61,644 bases of DNA, filler included, from 5 parts of 5 records of this genome joined end to end with filler, not necessarily neighbours in it; one strand, 5' to 3'. Counted from the first letter of the whole stretch, positions 48,171-60,243 are shown. Numbers and translations are program-made. Notes: generated from the sequence alone by a model not told the origin.

Positions 48171-48242
48171 CACTGGCGCGCCCCCGCCGACCACGGCCGG
48201 GGCGCACCCCATGTACGGAGGGTGCATCGGGAGGACAATACT

Positions 48243-50267
48243 ATGCATACCCACCCCCTTAAGCTGGCTTTGGCCATGGCTTGCCTGTACGGGCCTGTTA
48301 CTCAGGCCGCTCAGTCCGACAACGATGAGACCGACAATCTGCTCACCCCGGTGGAGGTCACCGGTTCGCGCACCGCCAGCGTGGCGCGGGAACTGCCCAC
48401 CGGCACCCTGATCCTGGACCGCGACACCATCGAGGCAATGCCCGCCAACAATCTGGCGGACGTGCTGGACACCCTGGGCGGCGTCCAGGTGCGCCGCAAT
48501 TTCGGCATCAACGGCGCCCGCGCCACCATTGATATGCAGGGCTTCGGCGCCAACGCCACCTCCAACACCCTGGTGCTGCTCAACGGCCGCCGCTACAGCA
48601 ACGTGGACCTGTCCGGCCCGGACATCGCCTCGATCCCGCTGGCGGCGATCGAGCGCATCGAAGTGCTGCCCGGCGCCGGCGCGGCGCTATACGGCAACGG
48701 CGTGGTCGGCGGCGCGGTCAACATCGTCACCCGCGAGCGCTACCGGAACCAGGCCGGCGTGGAAGTCACCGGCGGCAGCTTCAGCACCACCGGCGGCGGT
48801 CTGTGGGCCACCGGCCACCATCAGGACGAAGGCGGCGGCGACAACCACACCAGCGCCGCCGCCTCGGTGCAGGCCCTGCACAGCGACGGCTACCGGGAGA
48901 ACAACGACCTGCAGCAGCGCAACGCCTTCGCCGACCTGCGCACCCGCCGCGACGACCTGACCTTCTACCTGACCGCCACCGGCGAGCGCCAGAACCTGGA
49001 CCTGCCCGGCGGCCGCACCGTCAACCTGGCCACCGGCGAGAACCTGTTCGAGGACGATCCGGACGGCGCCAACACCCCCTATGACTGGGCCGACCAGGAC
49101 ACCGTCACGGTGATGCCGGGCATGAACGTGCGCATCGGTGATCACAGCCGCCTGCATCTGGATTTCTCCGGTCGCCGCAAGGAGCAGAGCTACTTCTTCT
49201 ACTTCCCCGGCTTCTCCACCTACGGTGAAACCGACGTGGACAGCTACAGCGTCAACCCGCGCTTTACCAGCCAGTTCCGGGCCGCCGGCCTGACCCACAA
49301 CACCACGGTGGGCTGGGATTTGTACGACTACCGCCTGGAGAACCGCAGCGCCGCCGGCAAAGGCGACATCGGCGACCCCACCAGCACCAAGGACCTGGAC
49401 CAGCGGCAAACCGCCTGGTATTTCCACGATGTGATGACCCTGGACCGCTGGTCGTTCACCCTGGGCGCGCGTCGCCTGGACGTGGACACCGAGACGGAAA
49501 CCACCGGCTTCGGCGCCGGCGAGGGCGAGGACAGCCAGGACGCGGAAATGTACGAAGGCGGCGTGCGTTACCACTTCGACGGCGGCCTGGACGTGTTCGC
49601 CGGTGCCCAGCGCAGCGTGCGCATCGTCAACGCCGACGAAATCACCCCGGACGACGAACTGCTGGAGCCGCAAACCGGCGAGCAGTACACCCTGGGCGCC
49701 AGCTGGCAAAAAGGCATCCAGACCTCGACGCTGACCGCCTGGCAGGGGCGCTTCGACAACGAAATCGTCTTCAATCCTTATGCCGGCGGCTTCGGGTCCA
49801 ACGTCAACCTGGAAGACCGCACCCTGCGCCGTGGCGTGAGCCTGAACAGCCGCTGGCGGCTGGACCGCGACCTCACCCTGGTGCTCAACGGCACCCTGCA
49901 ACGGGCCGAGTTCGACGAGGGCGAATGGGAAGGCAACGACGTGCCGCTGGTGTCGCGCCAGCTGTTCTACGCCCAGGCCAACTGGCAGGCGCTGCCCTGG
50001 CTGGAGCTGTCCCTGGCGCACCGCTACGTGGGCAAGCGCCGCTTCGACAACGACCAGCCCAACGACTTCCAGCAGATCGACAGCTACCGGATGACCGACC
50101 TGGAGGCCACCGCCCGTTATCAAAATGCCTACTTGCGCATCGGGGCCTATAACCTGGAGGATGAACTGGCGGCGGATTACGGCGTCAAAGCCACCAACAA
50201 CCTCAGTTATAACGCCTACCCCCTGCCGGAACGGCACTACCGGGTAAGCCTGGGAATGGAATTCTGA
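48243..50267 (+). CDS. btuB: TonB-dependent receptor, probable cobalamin transporter
   Basis: Signal peptide, VEVTGSR, plug motif IERIEVLPG..AALYG..VVGGAVNIVT, C-terminal Phe; riboswitch-controlled and followed by pduO. Confidence 0.85.
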   Translation: MHTHPLKLALAMACLYGPVTQAAQSDNDETDNLLTPVEVTGSRTASVARELPTGTLILDRDTIEAMPANNLADVLDTLGGVQVRRNFGINGARATIDMQGFGANATSNTLVLLNGRRYSNVDLSGPDIASIPLAAIERIEVLPGAGAALYGNGVVGGAVNIVTRERYRNQAGVEVTGGSFSTTGGGLWATGHHQDEGGGDNHTSAAASVQALHSDGYRENNDLQQRNAFADLRTRRDDLTFYLTATGERQNLDLPGGRTVNLATGENLFEDDPDGANTPYDWADQDTVTVMPGMNVRIGDHSRLHLDFSGRRKEQSYFFYFPGFSTYGETDVDSYSVNPRFTSQFRAAGLTHNTTVGWDLYDYRLENRSAAGKGDIGDPTSTKDLDQRQTAWYFHDVMTLDRWSFTLGARRLDVDTETETTGFGAGEGEDSQDAEMYEGGVRYHFDGGLDVFAGAQRSVRIVNADEITPDDELLEPQTGEQYTLGASWQKGIQTSTLTAWQGRFDNEIVFNPYAGGFGSNVNLEDRTLRRGVSLNSRWRLDRDLTLVLNGTLQRAEFDEGEWEGNDVPLVSRQLFYAQANWQALPWLELSLAHRYVGKRRFDNDQPNDFQQIDSYRMTDLEATARYQNAYLRIGAYNLEDELAADYGVKATNNLSYNAYPLPERHYRVSLGMEF

Positions 50268-50269
50268 CC

Positions 50270-50839
50270 ATGAGCGACGGCAAGGACGACAAAACCCGCA
50301 TCAACCGGGTGATCACACGCAGCGGCGACGACGGCCGCACCGGCCTGGCCGACGGCAGCCGCATCGCCAAGGATCACCCGCGCATCCAGGCCCTGGGTGC
50401 GCTGGACGAGCTGAACAGCGGCCTGGGCGTGCTGCGCGCCCGGGCCCTGGACGACGATCTGGACGCGTTGCTGGAGCGGATTCAGCACCTGCTGTTCGAT
50501 CTGGGCGGCGAACTGGCGGTGCCCGGCACCGTCACCCTCACCGACGACGATCTGGTGGAAGTGGAATCCCAGGCCGACATGCTCAACGCGGAACTGGCGC
50601 CGCTCAAGGAATTCGTGCTGCCCGGCGGTCATCCCGACGCCGCCTGGTGCCATCACTGCCGCACCGTGGCCCGGCGCGCCGAACGGGACCTGATCGCGGT
50701 CGGCGACGACGACCAGGTCAACCCGGTCAGCCGCGCCGTGCTCAACCGCGTCGGCGATTTGCTGTTCGTGATGGCCCGCGCCATCAACCTGCGTACCGGC
50801 ACCGATGAGCCGCAATGGGTGCGTCGCCAGGATCGTTAA
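50270..50839 (+). CDS. pduO: PduO-type cob(I)alamin adenosyltransferase
   Basis: ITRSGDDGRTGL, GALDELNS, IQHLLFDLG, FVLPGG, CRTVARRAER, LNRVGDLLFVMAR. Confidence 0.93.
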   Translation: MSDGKDDKTRINRVITRSGDDGRTGLADGSRIAKDHPRIQALGALDELNSGLGVLRARALDDDLDALLERIQHLLFDLGGELAVPGTVTLTDDDLVEVESQADMLNAELAPLKEFVLPGGHPDAAWCHHCRTVARRAERDLIAVGDDDQVNPVSRAVLNRVGDLLFVMARAINLRTGTDEPQWVRRQDR

Positions 50840-51392
50840 CGGCGATGTCGTACTCCTGCAGGCACCGCAGGTTGTTCTTCAGCCAGTGCTGAAAACGGCG
50901 GCGTAGCTCTTCGTCGCTGGGCACCGGCACCTGTATCCATTCGCAGCGTTGACGCACGCCCAGCCGGAACGCTTCGAACGCGCCGTGCCGGCGCATGGAA
51001 AACCATTTCTTTTGCCCGCGCTGCGCGGTCACCGACACATTGATGCCCTTGGGCTTTTGCCGACGCGTGACGGTGATGCCGATGATACCGAAGCTGTTGT
51101 CCCGCGCTTTCAATGTATTGAGCTCGTTGACGGCGACGCGCCTTAATCGGGGCGGCGTGCCCAGGGTGCCCTGGCGTTTCAAGGCGCGCATCTGGGCGTC
51201 CCGCCAGGCCACGGCGGCGTCCAGGGCAGCCTGCTTATTGTGGTAGCGGTTGTCGCGGAAGCACTTTCTGAACTGCCGCTTACGCCCCTTTTCGTCCACA
51301 TAGGGCAGCGCGCACCACCAGAATCGGCAGGCTTCCTTTCTGTAAATATACCGGTATTGATTCCCCGTTTTTTTATTCTGAATATCATCCAT
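50784..51392 (-). CDS. Basic protein with two AP2-like DNA-binding repeats
   Basis: RKCFRDNRYHNKQAALDAAVAWRD and NSFGIIGI...KKWFSMRRHGAFEAFRLGVRQR; AAGGA SD; AT-rich upstream region. Confidence 0.65.
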   Translation of the reverse strand: MDDIQNKKTGNQYRYIYRKEACRFWWCALPYVDEKGRKRQFRKCFRDNRYHNKQAALDAAVAWRDAQMRALKRQGTLGTPPRLRRVAVNELNTLKARDNSFGIIGITVTRRQKPKGINVSVTAQRGQKKWFSMRRHGAFEAFRLGVRQRCEWIQVPVPSDEELRRRFQHWLKNNLRCLQEYDIAVNDPGDAPIAAHRCRYAG

Positions 51393-51636
51393 TTTTAAAA
51401 ATTTCCTTATTATTGGGGCGATTTTTCTGTCCCCTTTTTTATTGGTTTTTATTGCGCGGGAAACCTAGCATTACCCTGACATTAACTTCCACATTAATTT
51501 GGCTAATGAGACAGACCCGGTGGTCATATATAGGGGGCGCTTGCGATTTTGAAAGAATGTGCAAGGCGCTGGGTCGCGGGGCCGGCAGGGCTTAGACTGG
51601 CGGTTCCGTTATTCTGGCGAGGTCCGCCGGCCGACC

Positions 51637-52992
51637 ATGGGCATACGCAACAAGCTTTTCCTCACCTTTCTCGGCACCTTCGTGGTGCTGATCGTGGCCG
51701 CCAGCGGTTTCTATTTCTTTGCGTTCGAGCAGAGCCTGCGCAAGTACATCGACGAGCGCCAGCAGGCCCAGGTGGAGCGCCTGGCCGACCACCTGGGCGT
51801 GCTGTACGCGCAACGGGGCAGCTGGGACTTCCTGCTCAGCGACCCGCGGGTGCTGGGCCGGCTCTACTGGCTGGCCGGCGACCGCAACACCGACACCGAG
51901 CCGGGCAAGCGGGACCGCCGCGACGCGCCCCGCCATCTGACCCTGCTGACGGCGGACCGGCGCCCGTTGATCGGCCCGCCGCCGACGCAACAGTTCAGCC
52001 GCCTGGTGCCGATCCGCACCGACAACGATCTGGTGGGCTGGCTGGCCTACCCCGACCAGGAAGCGATCCGCGACAAGCTTGACCGGCGCTTCCAGGAGCG
52101 CCAGCTTAATTTCGCCGGCTGGATGGCTCTGGTGGGCCTGGCCCTGTCGCTGCTGGTGTCCTGGCTGCTGGCGCGCCACCTGGTGGCGCCGGTAACGGCA
52201 CTCAGCGCCCACACCCGCAAGCTGCGCGAGGGCGACTACCAGACGCGGCTGGGCAGCCGGCGCCGCGACGAGCTGGGGGATCTGATCCGCCATGTGGACA
52301 GCCTGGGCGAGCGCCTGGACCAGGGCCAGAAAGCCCGCCAGCGCTGGTTTTCGGACATCGCCCATGAGCTGCGCACGCCGTTGTCGGTGCTGCAGGGCGA
52401 GCTGGAAGCGGTGGTCGACGGCGTGCGGCCGCTCAACCACGAGACCATCGCCGCGCTGGAATCCGAGGTGCGCCAGCTCACCCATCTGGTCAACGACCTG
52501 CATGACCTGGCCCTGGCCGACGCCGGCAACCTGCGCTATCACTTCACCGCGCTGGATCTGGACACGCTCTGCGAAGACGCCGTGGACGCGGTGCGCCCGG
52601 CGCTCGGCCGCCGCCGCGTGCGCCTGCGCACCGACCTGAGCCCGGCGCGGGTCAACGGCGACCCGGTGCGCCTGCGCCAGCTGCTGGACAACCTGCTGCA
52701 GAACAGCCTCAAGTACACCGACGAAGGCGGCGAGGTGCACCTTACCCTGGGCCGCGACGGCGACGACTGGCGCCTGACGCTGAACGACAGCGCCCCCGGC
52801 GTGCCCGACGACGCCCTGCCGAAACTGTTCGATCACCTCTACCGGGTGGAAAGCTCGCGCAACCGCCAGACCGGCGGCGCCGGCCTGGGGCTGGCCATCG
52901 CCCGGCGCATCGTCGAGGCCCACGGCGGCACGATGGAGGCCGATCATAGCCCCCTGGGCGGTCTCAGAATCACGGTGCGGTTGCCATTGTAG
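51637..52992 (+). CDS. BaeS-like sensor histidine kinase
   Basis: 2 TM + HAMP; DIAHELRTPL H-box, NLLQNSLKYT N-box, DSAPGV, SRNRQTGGAGLGLAI. Confidence 0.9.
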   Translation: MGIRNKLFLTFLGTFVVLIVAASGFYFFAFEQSLRKYIDERQQAQVERLADHLGVLYAQRGSWDFLLSDPRVLGRLYWLAGDRNTDTEPGKRDRRDAPRHLTLLTADRRPLIGPPPTQQFSRLVPIRTDNDLVGWLAYPDQEAIRDKLDRRFQERQLNFAGWMALVGLALSLLVSWLLARHLVAPVTALSAHTRKLREGDYQTRLGSRRRDELGDLIRHVDSLGERLDQGQKARQRWFSDIAHELRTPLSVLQGELEAVVDGVRPLNHETIAALESEVRQLTHLVNDLHDLALADAGNLRYHFTALDLDTLCEDAVDAVRPALGRRRVRLRTDLSPARVNGDPVRLRQLLDNLLQNSLKYTDEGGEVHLTLGRDGDDWRLTLNDSAPGVPDDALPKLFDHLYRVESSRNRQTGGAGLGLAIARRIVEAHGGTMEADHSPLGGLRITVRLPL

Positions 52993-53012
52993 GAGCGGGC
53001 CTCGCCCGCGAA
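52988..53012 (+). repeat. REP element (GTAG family) overlapping the kinase stop codon
   Basis: TGTAGGAGCGGGCCTCGCCCGCGAA at the contig end. Confidence 0.8.
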
Positions 53013-53016
53013 AGGG

Positions 53017-53116
53017 NNNNNNNNNNNNNNNNNNNNNNNNNNNNNNNNNNNNNNNNNNNNTTAATTAATTAANNNNNNNNNNNNNNNNNNNNNNNNNNNN
53101 NNNNNNNNNNNNNNNN
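53017..53116. other. Artificial contig-joining spacer
   Basis: 44 N + TTAATTAATTAA + 44 N. Confidence 0.98.
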
Positions 53117-53155
53117 TTATCAAAAACGGCTAATGTGAACGACTGGAGTACGTTG

Positions 53156-53389
53156 ATGAGTACTATTGAAGAGCGCGTTAAGAAAGTTGTGGCAGAGCGC
53201 CTGAACGTTAAAGAAGAAGATATCCAGAACAGCTCTTCTTTTACTGAAGATCTGGGTGCTGATTCTCTTGACACCGTTGAGCTGGTGATGGCGCTTGAAG
53301 AGGAATTTGATACTGAAATTCCTGACGAAGAAGCTGAAAAAATCACCACGGTTCAAGAAGCTATCGACTACGTAAACGCCCATCAGTAA
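53156..53389 (+). CDS. acpP: Acyl carrier protein
   Basis: [20 protein letters not shown]. Confidence 0.98.
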   Translation: MSTIEERVKKVVAERLNVKEEDIQNSSSFTEDLGADSLDTVELVMALEEEFDTEIPDEEAEKITTVQEAIDYVNAHQ

Positions 53390-53438
53390 GGGTTGAGTCG
53401 AAGCAGTGAGCCAGGGTGGGGTGCTTACCCACCCGTAT

Positions 53439-53470
53439 AAAAAGCCGTCCTGAGTAGGGGCGGCTTTTTT
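53439..53470 (+). terminator. Intrinsic terminator after acpP
   Basis: AAAAAGCCGTCC-TGAGTA-GGGGCGGCTTTTTT. Confidence 0.85.
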
Positions 53471-53582
53471 GCTTTGCTGTCACAATGAATATAACGTTCA
53501 ATCTCCGTTATACTAGTCACCAAATCTCTGCAGCAAATGACCCAGATGGGTCGTGTCACCATGGATGCCTGGAGGAAAGCTA

Positions 53583-54821
53583 ATGGCGCGAAGAAGGGTA
53601 GTGGTAACTGGGTTAGGCCTGGTGACCCCAGTGGGTAACAGTGTTAATGAGTCGTGGGCAAATATTGTCGCCGGCAAAAGTGGCATAGCGCCGATTGAGC
53701 ACTTTGATACAAGTGGCTTCAACACGCGTTTTGGAGGATCGGTTAAAAATTTCGATATTAGTCCCTATCTGAATCCTAAAGACGCACGCAAGATGGATTT
53801 GTTTATCCAGTACGGCATGGCGGCGGGAGCCCAGGCCGTTCAGGACTCGGGGCTTGAATGTACCGAAGAGAATGCTGAGCGCATCGGGGTGGCTATCGGT
53901 TCAGGCATTGGTGGTTTGCCGATGATTGAACATAACCATAATGCGCTGAATAAGGGCGGCGCACGCCGCGTCTCGCCGTTTTTTGTGCCAGGTTCAATCA
54001 TTAATATGATTTCTGGCAACATGGCGATTCAGCACGGCTTCAAAGGCCCGAATATCGCGATCACTACAGCATGTACAACGGGTACCCATAATATTGGCTA
54101 CAGTGCTCGCACGATTGCATACGGCGATGCCGATGTGATGATCTGTGGCGGTGCGGAAATGGCCACTACCCCATTAGGGTTGGGCGGGTTTTCGGCCGCG
54201 CGAGCGCTCTCTACCCGCAATGAAGACCCTCAGGCGGCGAGTCGCCCATGGGATGCTGATCGTGACGGTTTCGTGCTGTCAGACGGTGCGGGTGTGCTTG
54301 TCTTGGAAGAGTACGAGCACGCTAAAGCGCGTGGTGCCAATATCTACGCAGAGCTTGCAGGCTTTGGTATGAGTGATGATGCCTACCATATGACGGCGCC
54401 GCCGGAAGATGGGCGTGGTGCTGCACTCTCCATGAGCAATGCCATTAAAGATGCGCGTATTGATCCAGCGGATGTGCACTATATTAACGCGCATGGCACG
54501 TCTACCGCAGCGGGTGACTTAGCAGAAAGCCGGGCGATTGAAAAAGTGCTTGGTAGCGCAGCTCAGCAGGTTGCCGTGAGCTCTACCAAATCAATGATTG
54601 GCCACCTATTAGGTGCTGCAGGAGCGGTTGAAGCGGTGTTTAGTATTCTGGCTATTCGCGACCAGATTGCGCCGCCGACCATTAACCTGGATAACCCGCA
54701 GGAAGGCTGCAATCTTGATTACGTACCGCACACCGCACGGAAGATGCCCATTGAAATAGCGCTCTCAAACTCGTTCGGGTTCGGTGGTACCAACGGCTCA
54801 CTGCTGTTTAAAAAGGTATAG
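53583..54821 (+). CDS. fabF: Beta-ketoacyl-ACP synthase II
   Basis: [15 protein letters not shown] (Cys), [28 protein letters not shown]. Confidence 0.97.
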   Translation: MARRRVVVTGLGLVTPVGNSVNESWANIVAGKSGIAPIEHFDTSGFNTRFGGSVKNFDISPYLNPKDARKMDLFIQYGMAAGAQAVQDSGLECTEENAERIGVAIGSGIGGLPMIEHNHNALNKGGARRVSPFFVPGSIINMISGNMAIQHGFKGPNIAITTACTTGTHNIGYSARTIAYGDADVMICGGAEMATTPLGLGGFSAARALSTRNEDPQAASRPWDADRDGFVLSDGAGVLVLEEYEHAKARGANIYAELAGFGMSDDAYHMTAPPEDGRGAALSMSNAIKDARIDPADVHYINAHGTSTAAGDLAESRAIEKVLGSAAQQVAVSSTKSMIGHLLGAAGAVEAVFSILAIRDQIAPPTINLDNPQEGCNLDYVPHTARKMPIEIALSNSFGFGGTNGSLLFKKV

Positions 54822-54827
54822 CACGCA

Positions 54828-55634
54828 ATGCCAATGCCCCAGGTGCCGTTTGACGACCGAGGGCTTGCGTATGGTGACGGAGTATTTGAAACAGTGCTGC
54901 TGCGCGCTGGTGTCCCTGTGCTATGGGATTATCATTACGCGCGCTTACGGCTGGGCTGTCAGCGTTTGAATATTCCGTTGCCCTCCATGGAGCAGTTGGT
55001 CGCCACCTGGCAATCTCCGTCTAACGCCGAGCTTGAAATACTCAAACTAATCCTAACCCGAGGAAGTGGTGGGAGAGGGTATGCGACGCAGGATAGCTCT
55101 CAACCTCGCTTGCTTAGCCGTAGAACACCTTTTGTGGTAAACGCTGACCGTTGGCATGAGGGGGTTAACGTACGGATTTGTCAGTTGCGTTTGGGACATC
55201 AGCCGCTTTTAGCAGGCATTAAACACCTTAATCGATTGGAAAATGTACTCGCGCGCCAGGAGTGGAATGACCCAGCCATCGCCGAGGGGTTGCTTGGAGA
55301 TACTGATGGCCTGCTGGTGGAAGCCACCAGTATGAATGTCTTTTGGCAGCAAGCGGGGACATTCTTTACACCGCCATTATCGCAGTGCGGCGTGGCGGGT
55401 ACGCTGCGAGCCGCATTATTGGATCATGGAGCAGTACAGGAAGCCCCTATTGCGCTGAACGCTATCCATGACGTTGAGCGTCTTTGGGTAGCTAACTCGG
55501 TACAAGGTGTATGGCCAGTGAATAAGCTGTTAAGTGAAACAGGTGTAGTCCTGAAGTCCTGGCCGCTGACAGGCCAAGATAGGCTGCAAACAATAGGCCA
55601 TGACTTACTTGGCTATTCGCCGACATCCCGTTAG
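54828..55634 (+). CDS. pabC: Aminodeoxychorismate lyase
   Basis: DRGLAYGDGVFET, LAGIKHLNRLENVL, GVAG; conserved position. Confidence 0.93.
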   Translation: MPMPQVPFDDRGLAYGDGVFETVLLRAGVPVLWDYHYARLRLGCQRLNIPLPSMEQLVATWQSPSNAELEILKLILTRGSGGRGYATQDSSQPRLLSRRTPFVVNADRWHEGVNVRICQLRLGHQPLLAGIKHLNRLENVLARQEWNDPAIAEGLLGDTDGLLVEATSMNVFWQQAGTFFTPPLSQCGVAGTLRAALLDHGAVQEAPIALNAIHDVERLWVANSVQGVWPVNKLLSETGVVLKSWPLTGQDRLQTIGHDLLGYSPTSR

Positions 55635-55664
55635 GCAGAATTTTATCAACAATATTGAGGTGTC

Positions 55665-56672
55665 ATGGTGAAACGGTTTTTAGCTGCCGTAGGTGTCGTG
55701 GTCGTGGTTGGATTCGCAGCCGTTGTGGGCGGCTATGCTTACTGGCAGCAGCGCTTATCGGCACCGGTCACACTTGAGGAGCCAGCGCTTTACCAGGTTC
55801 CTGCGGGGGCTGGGTTCAATCAGGTCGTTCGAGATCTGGAAAGCCAGGGCTTTATTGAAGATGCTTGGGCATTTCAATTATTGGCGCGTGTTGAGCCTGA
55901 GCGTGTACCACGCTTGCGGGTGGGGGAGTATCAGCTAACCCCAGGCATGAGCGGTCTTGAACTGATTGCTCTCTTGGGCAGCAATAACGTTGTCACTTAT
56001 CCGTTAACGATTCCCGAAGGCTGGACATTCCGCCAGATGCGCGAGCTATTGGACAGTGCGCCAAAACTTGAGAATCGTACGGCAGAGTTAAGTGACGACG
56101 AAATTATGTCGTTGCTGGATCGAGAGGGTACTTTTCCTGAAGGCTGGTTTTTCCCTGATACCTACCGCTACCACCTGGGTATGAGTGACGTTGATATTCT
56201 ACGTCAGTCGCTTTCCCGCATGGAGCAGATTCTAGAAGAGGTCTGGGACGAGCGTGATGATGACCTGACCATCGATACACCTTACAAAGCGCTCATTATG
56301 GCATCGCTCATTGAGCGTGAAACAGGCGCGCCGGAAGAGCGTCGGGAAATCGCAGGTGTCTTCAAGCGTCGTATGGAACAGGGAATGCGTTTGCAAACAG
56401 ATCCCACGGTCATTTATGGCATGGGCGAACGCTATGAAGGGAGGATCACACGTGCTGATTTACGTGAGGCGACTCCCTATAACACCTATGTGATTGATGG
56501 CATGCCACCCACGCCGATTGCCTTACCCGGGCGCGCCTCCCTTGAAGCGGCTGTTAATCCGCTGCCTGGAGAAACGCTTTACTTCGTCTCGCGCGGTGAC
56601 GGTACCCACCATTTTTCACGTACGTTACGTGAGCACAATAATGCGGTTAATCGCTATATTCGCAATCGCTAA
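55665..56672 (+). CDS. mltG: Endolytic murein transglycosylase
   Basis: TIPEGW, EGWFFPDTY, ASLIERET, RLQTDPTVIYG, PYNTY...PPTPI. Confidence 0.95.
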   Translation: MVKRFLAAVGVVVVVGFAAVVGGYAYWQQRLSAPVTLEEPALYQVPAGAGFNQVVRDLESQGFIEDAWAFQLLARVEPERVPRLRVGEYQLTPGMSGLELIALLGSNNVVTYPLTIPEGWTFRQMRELLDSAPKLENRTAELSDDEIMSLLDREGTFPEGWFFPDTYRYHLGMSDVDILRQSLSRMEQILEEVWDERDDDLTIDTPYKALIMASLIERETGAPEERREIAGVFKRRMEQGMRLQTDPTVIYGMGERYEGRITRADLREATPYNTYVIDGMPPTPIALPGRASLEAAVNPLPGETLYFVSRGDGTHHFSRTLREHNNAVNRYIRNR

Positions 56673-56726
56673 TTAGGTTAAGTCATTGTTTAAGTGCGAT
56701 GTGTTTTTTTCGAATTTACTGAGTAA

Positions 56727-58363
<1,637 letters not shown>

Positions 58364-58399
58364 CGTTGTTGCCATAGGGTTGTTGCCAAGGAGGCTGTT

Positions 58400-58735
58400 A
58401 TGACGGTTCAAAAAGCGCTTTCTTTGACAATGCCGGATATACCGACGTTACTTTCCGCGTATATGCCTTTTCTAGATAGAGGCGGTATTTTTGTCCCGAC
58501 TAAAGCGCTTTATCGACTTGGACAGCAGGTTTATCTATTGCTGACCCTGCCAGGAGAGAGTGAACGTCTTTCTATCTCCGGCCATGTTGTTTGGATTTCT
58601 CCTGAGGGCGTGAGTGGACAGCGAATGCCAGGTATTGGGGTACATTTCAGCCAGCAGGACTACTCAGTACGTGATCGCATTGAAACGTTGTTGGCTGGCC
58701 AATTAGATAAAGCACCTCCGTCCTTTACGCTTTGA
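58400..58735 (+). CDS. pilZ: PilZ protein
   Basis: AYMPFL..GGIFVPT...G.VVWI.P...PGIGVHF; usual position between holB and tatD. Confidence 0.9.
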   Translation: MTVQKALSLTMPDIPTLLSAYMPFLDRGGIFVPTKALYRLGQQVYLLLTLPGESERLSISGHVVWISPEGVSGQRMPGIGVHFSQQDYSVRDRIETLLAGQLDKAPPSFTL

Positions 58736-58811
58736 TAGCCGCGAGTTAGCACCGCAATAACACTGAACAAAGCCTGCCCTTCACCTGTTTACGAGAATTT
58801 AAGAGAGCTGC

Positions 58812-59645
58812 ATGTTTGTTGATTCCCACTGCCATTTAGACCGTTTATCTGAGCTAACCCACGACGGTGATATTGCCGCAACGCTGGCGGCTGCTCGTGC
58901 TGCTAATGTGAGCCAGTTCTTAGCTGTTGCGGTGACGCTTGAGGAGATGCCGGGGTTGGCGGCAATCGCTCGTGAGCACCACGACGTGGTTATTTCGGCG
59001 GGACTGCATCCGCTTCATCAGGCTCCGAAAGAGCCAAGCGTAAGCGATATTGTTGATGCTGCTGAACAGTACGGTGCCGTCGCCATCGGTGAAACAGGGT
59101 TGGATTATCACTATCAGGACAGCGTGCCTGTAGAGGTTCAGAGCGAGCGGTTTAAGCGCCATTTAATTGCAGCCAATGAGCTAGAGCTGCCGGTGATTAT
59201 TCATACCCGTGAAGCGAAAGAAGACACGTTAGCGTTGCTGCGTGAGCACACGAATCCTGAGGTAGGCGGCGTATTACACTGCTTTACTGAAGATTTAGAC
59301 ATGGCGCGTGAAGCTGTGCGGCTTGGGTTCTATATCTCGCTATCGGGTATTATTACCTTCCGCAATGCTGCGTCGCTTAGAGAGCTGGCCAGAAAACTGC
59401 CGCTTGACCGGCTGCTGATTGAAACCGATAGCCCTTATTTGGCGCCTGTTCCTTATCGTGGCAAGCCCAACGAACCCGCTTGGGTGGTTGAGGTGGCAGA
59501 GTGTATCGCTAAAGAACGAGGGATCAGCGTTGATGAAGTGGCGATGCAAACCACCGCCAATTTTTATCATCTGTTCCGCGCTGCCGTGCCCGATGCGCCT
59601 GATAACGTAAAGCAAGCGTTGGCGCAGTCCGGTTTAGTGGTATAA
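58812..59645 (+). CDS. TatD family hydrolase (YcfH-like)
   Basis: DSHCHLD, GLHP, IGETGLDY, IHTR, LHCFT, ETDSPYLAP. Confidence 0.94.
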   Translation: MFVDSHCHLDRLSELTHDGDIAATLAAARAANVSQFLAVAVTLEEMPGLAAIAREHHDVVISAGLHPLHQAPKEPSVSDIVDAAEQYGAVAIGETGLDYHYQDSVPVEVQSERFKRHLIAANELELPVIIHTREAKEDTLALLREHTNPEVGGVLHCFTEDLDMAREAVRLGFYISLSGIITFRNAASLRELARKLPLDRLLIETDSPYLAPVPYRGKPNEPAWVVEVAECIAKERGISVDEVAMQTTANFYHLFRAAVPDAPDNVKQALAQSGLVV

Positions 59646-59676
59646 GTGGCTGTCAGCACAGCCTGGGAGGTAAGCG

Positions 59677-60243
59677 ATGAATATTGATCGGCTTATGCAG
59701 CAATTTAACGGTTCGGCGACGATTCCCCCCGTTGATCAGTGGCAGCCAGCACTTAGTGGCGATATTGATATCGTTATTCAGGCTGATGGCACGTGGCTGC
59801 ATGAAGGAAAGCCGTTTGAGCGCCTTGCCATACCACGGTTGTTAGCGAGCCTATTACGCCGCGATGCCGATGGCTATTGCCTGGTAACGCCTGTTGAGCG
59901 TTGGCGGGTCACCGTGGTTGACTGCCCGTTCGTGGCGGCAGAAGCAGATTTTCACGATGATGCCTGGTGGCTGACGACCCAATTCGATGACGTTGTGCGT
60001 GTGGATGCAGAGCATCCGCTTAGTCTCTCCAAAACGCCTGAGGGTGTCCTTGCCCCTGAGTGTACCGTGCGCTTTGGGCTAGCGGCTCGTTTGCATCGCA
60101 ATGTGTATTATCGATTGGTAGAGCAGGCCACGCTGAGCGAGGCAGACGACGGCGAATGCCAATGCCGACTCTACAGCGCAGGATCTTGGTATGTCTTAGG
60201 TCAGTTTAATGCCAATGATGCGATGCCAGGCGAGGTGACGTGA
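59677..60243 (+). CDS. DUF1285 family protein
   Basis: PPVDQWQP...DIDIVI..DGTW.HEG, LVTPVE, ARLHRNVYYRL. Confidence 0.85.
   Translation: MNIDRLMQQFNGSATIPPVDQWQPALSGDIDIVIQADGTWLHEGKPFERLAIPRLLASLLRRDADGYCLVTPVERWRVTVVDCPFVAAEADFHDDAWWLTTQFDDVVRVDAEHPLSLSKTPEGVLAPECTVRFGLAARLHRNVYYRLVEQATLSEADDGECQCRLYSAGSWYVLGQFNANDAMPGEVT

Noticed and set aside
47994-48242. N-terminal extension of the TonB receptor ORF
   Set aside because: It runs through the riboswitch; the SD and signal peptide support ATG 48243.
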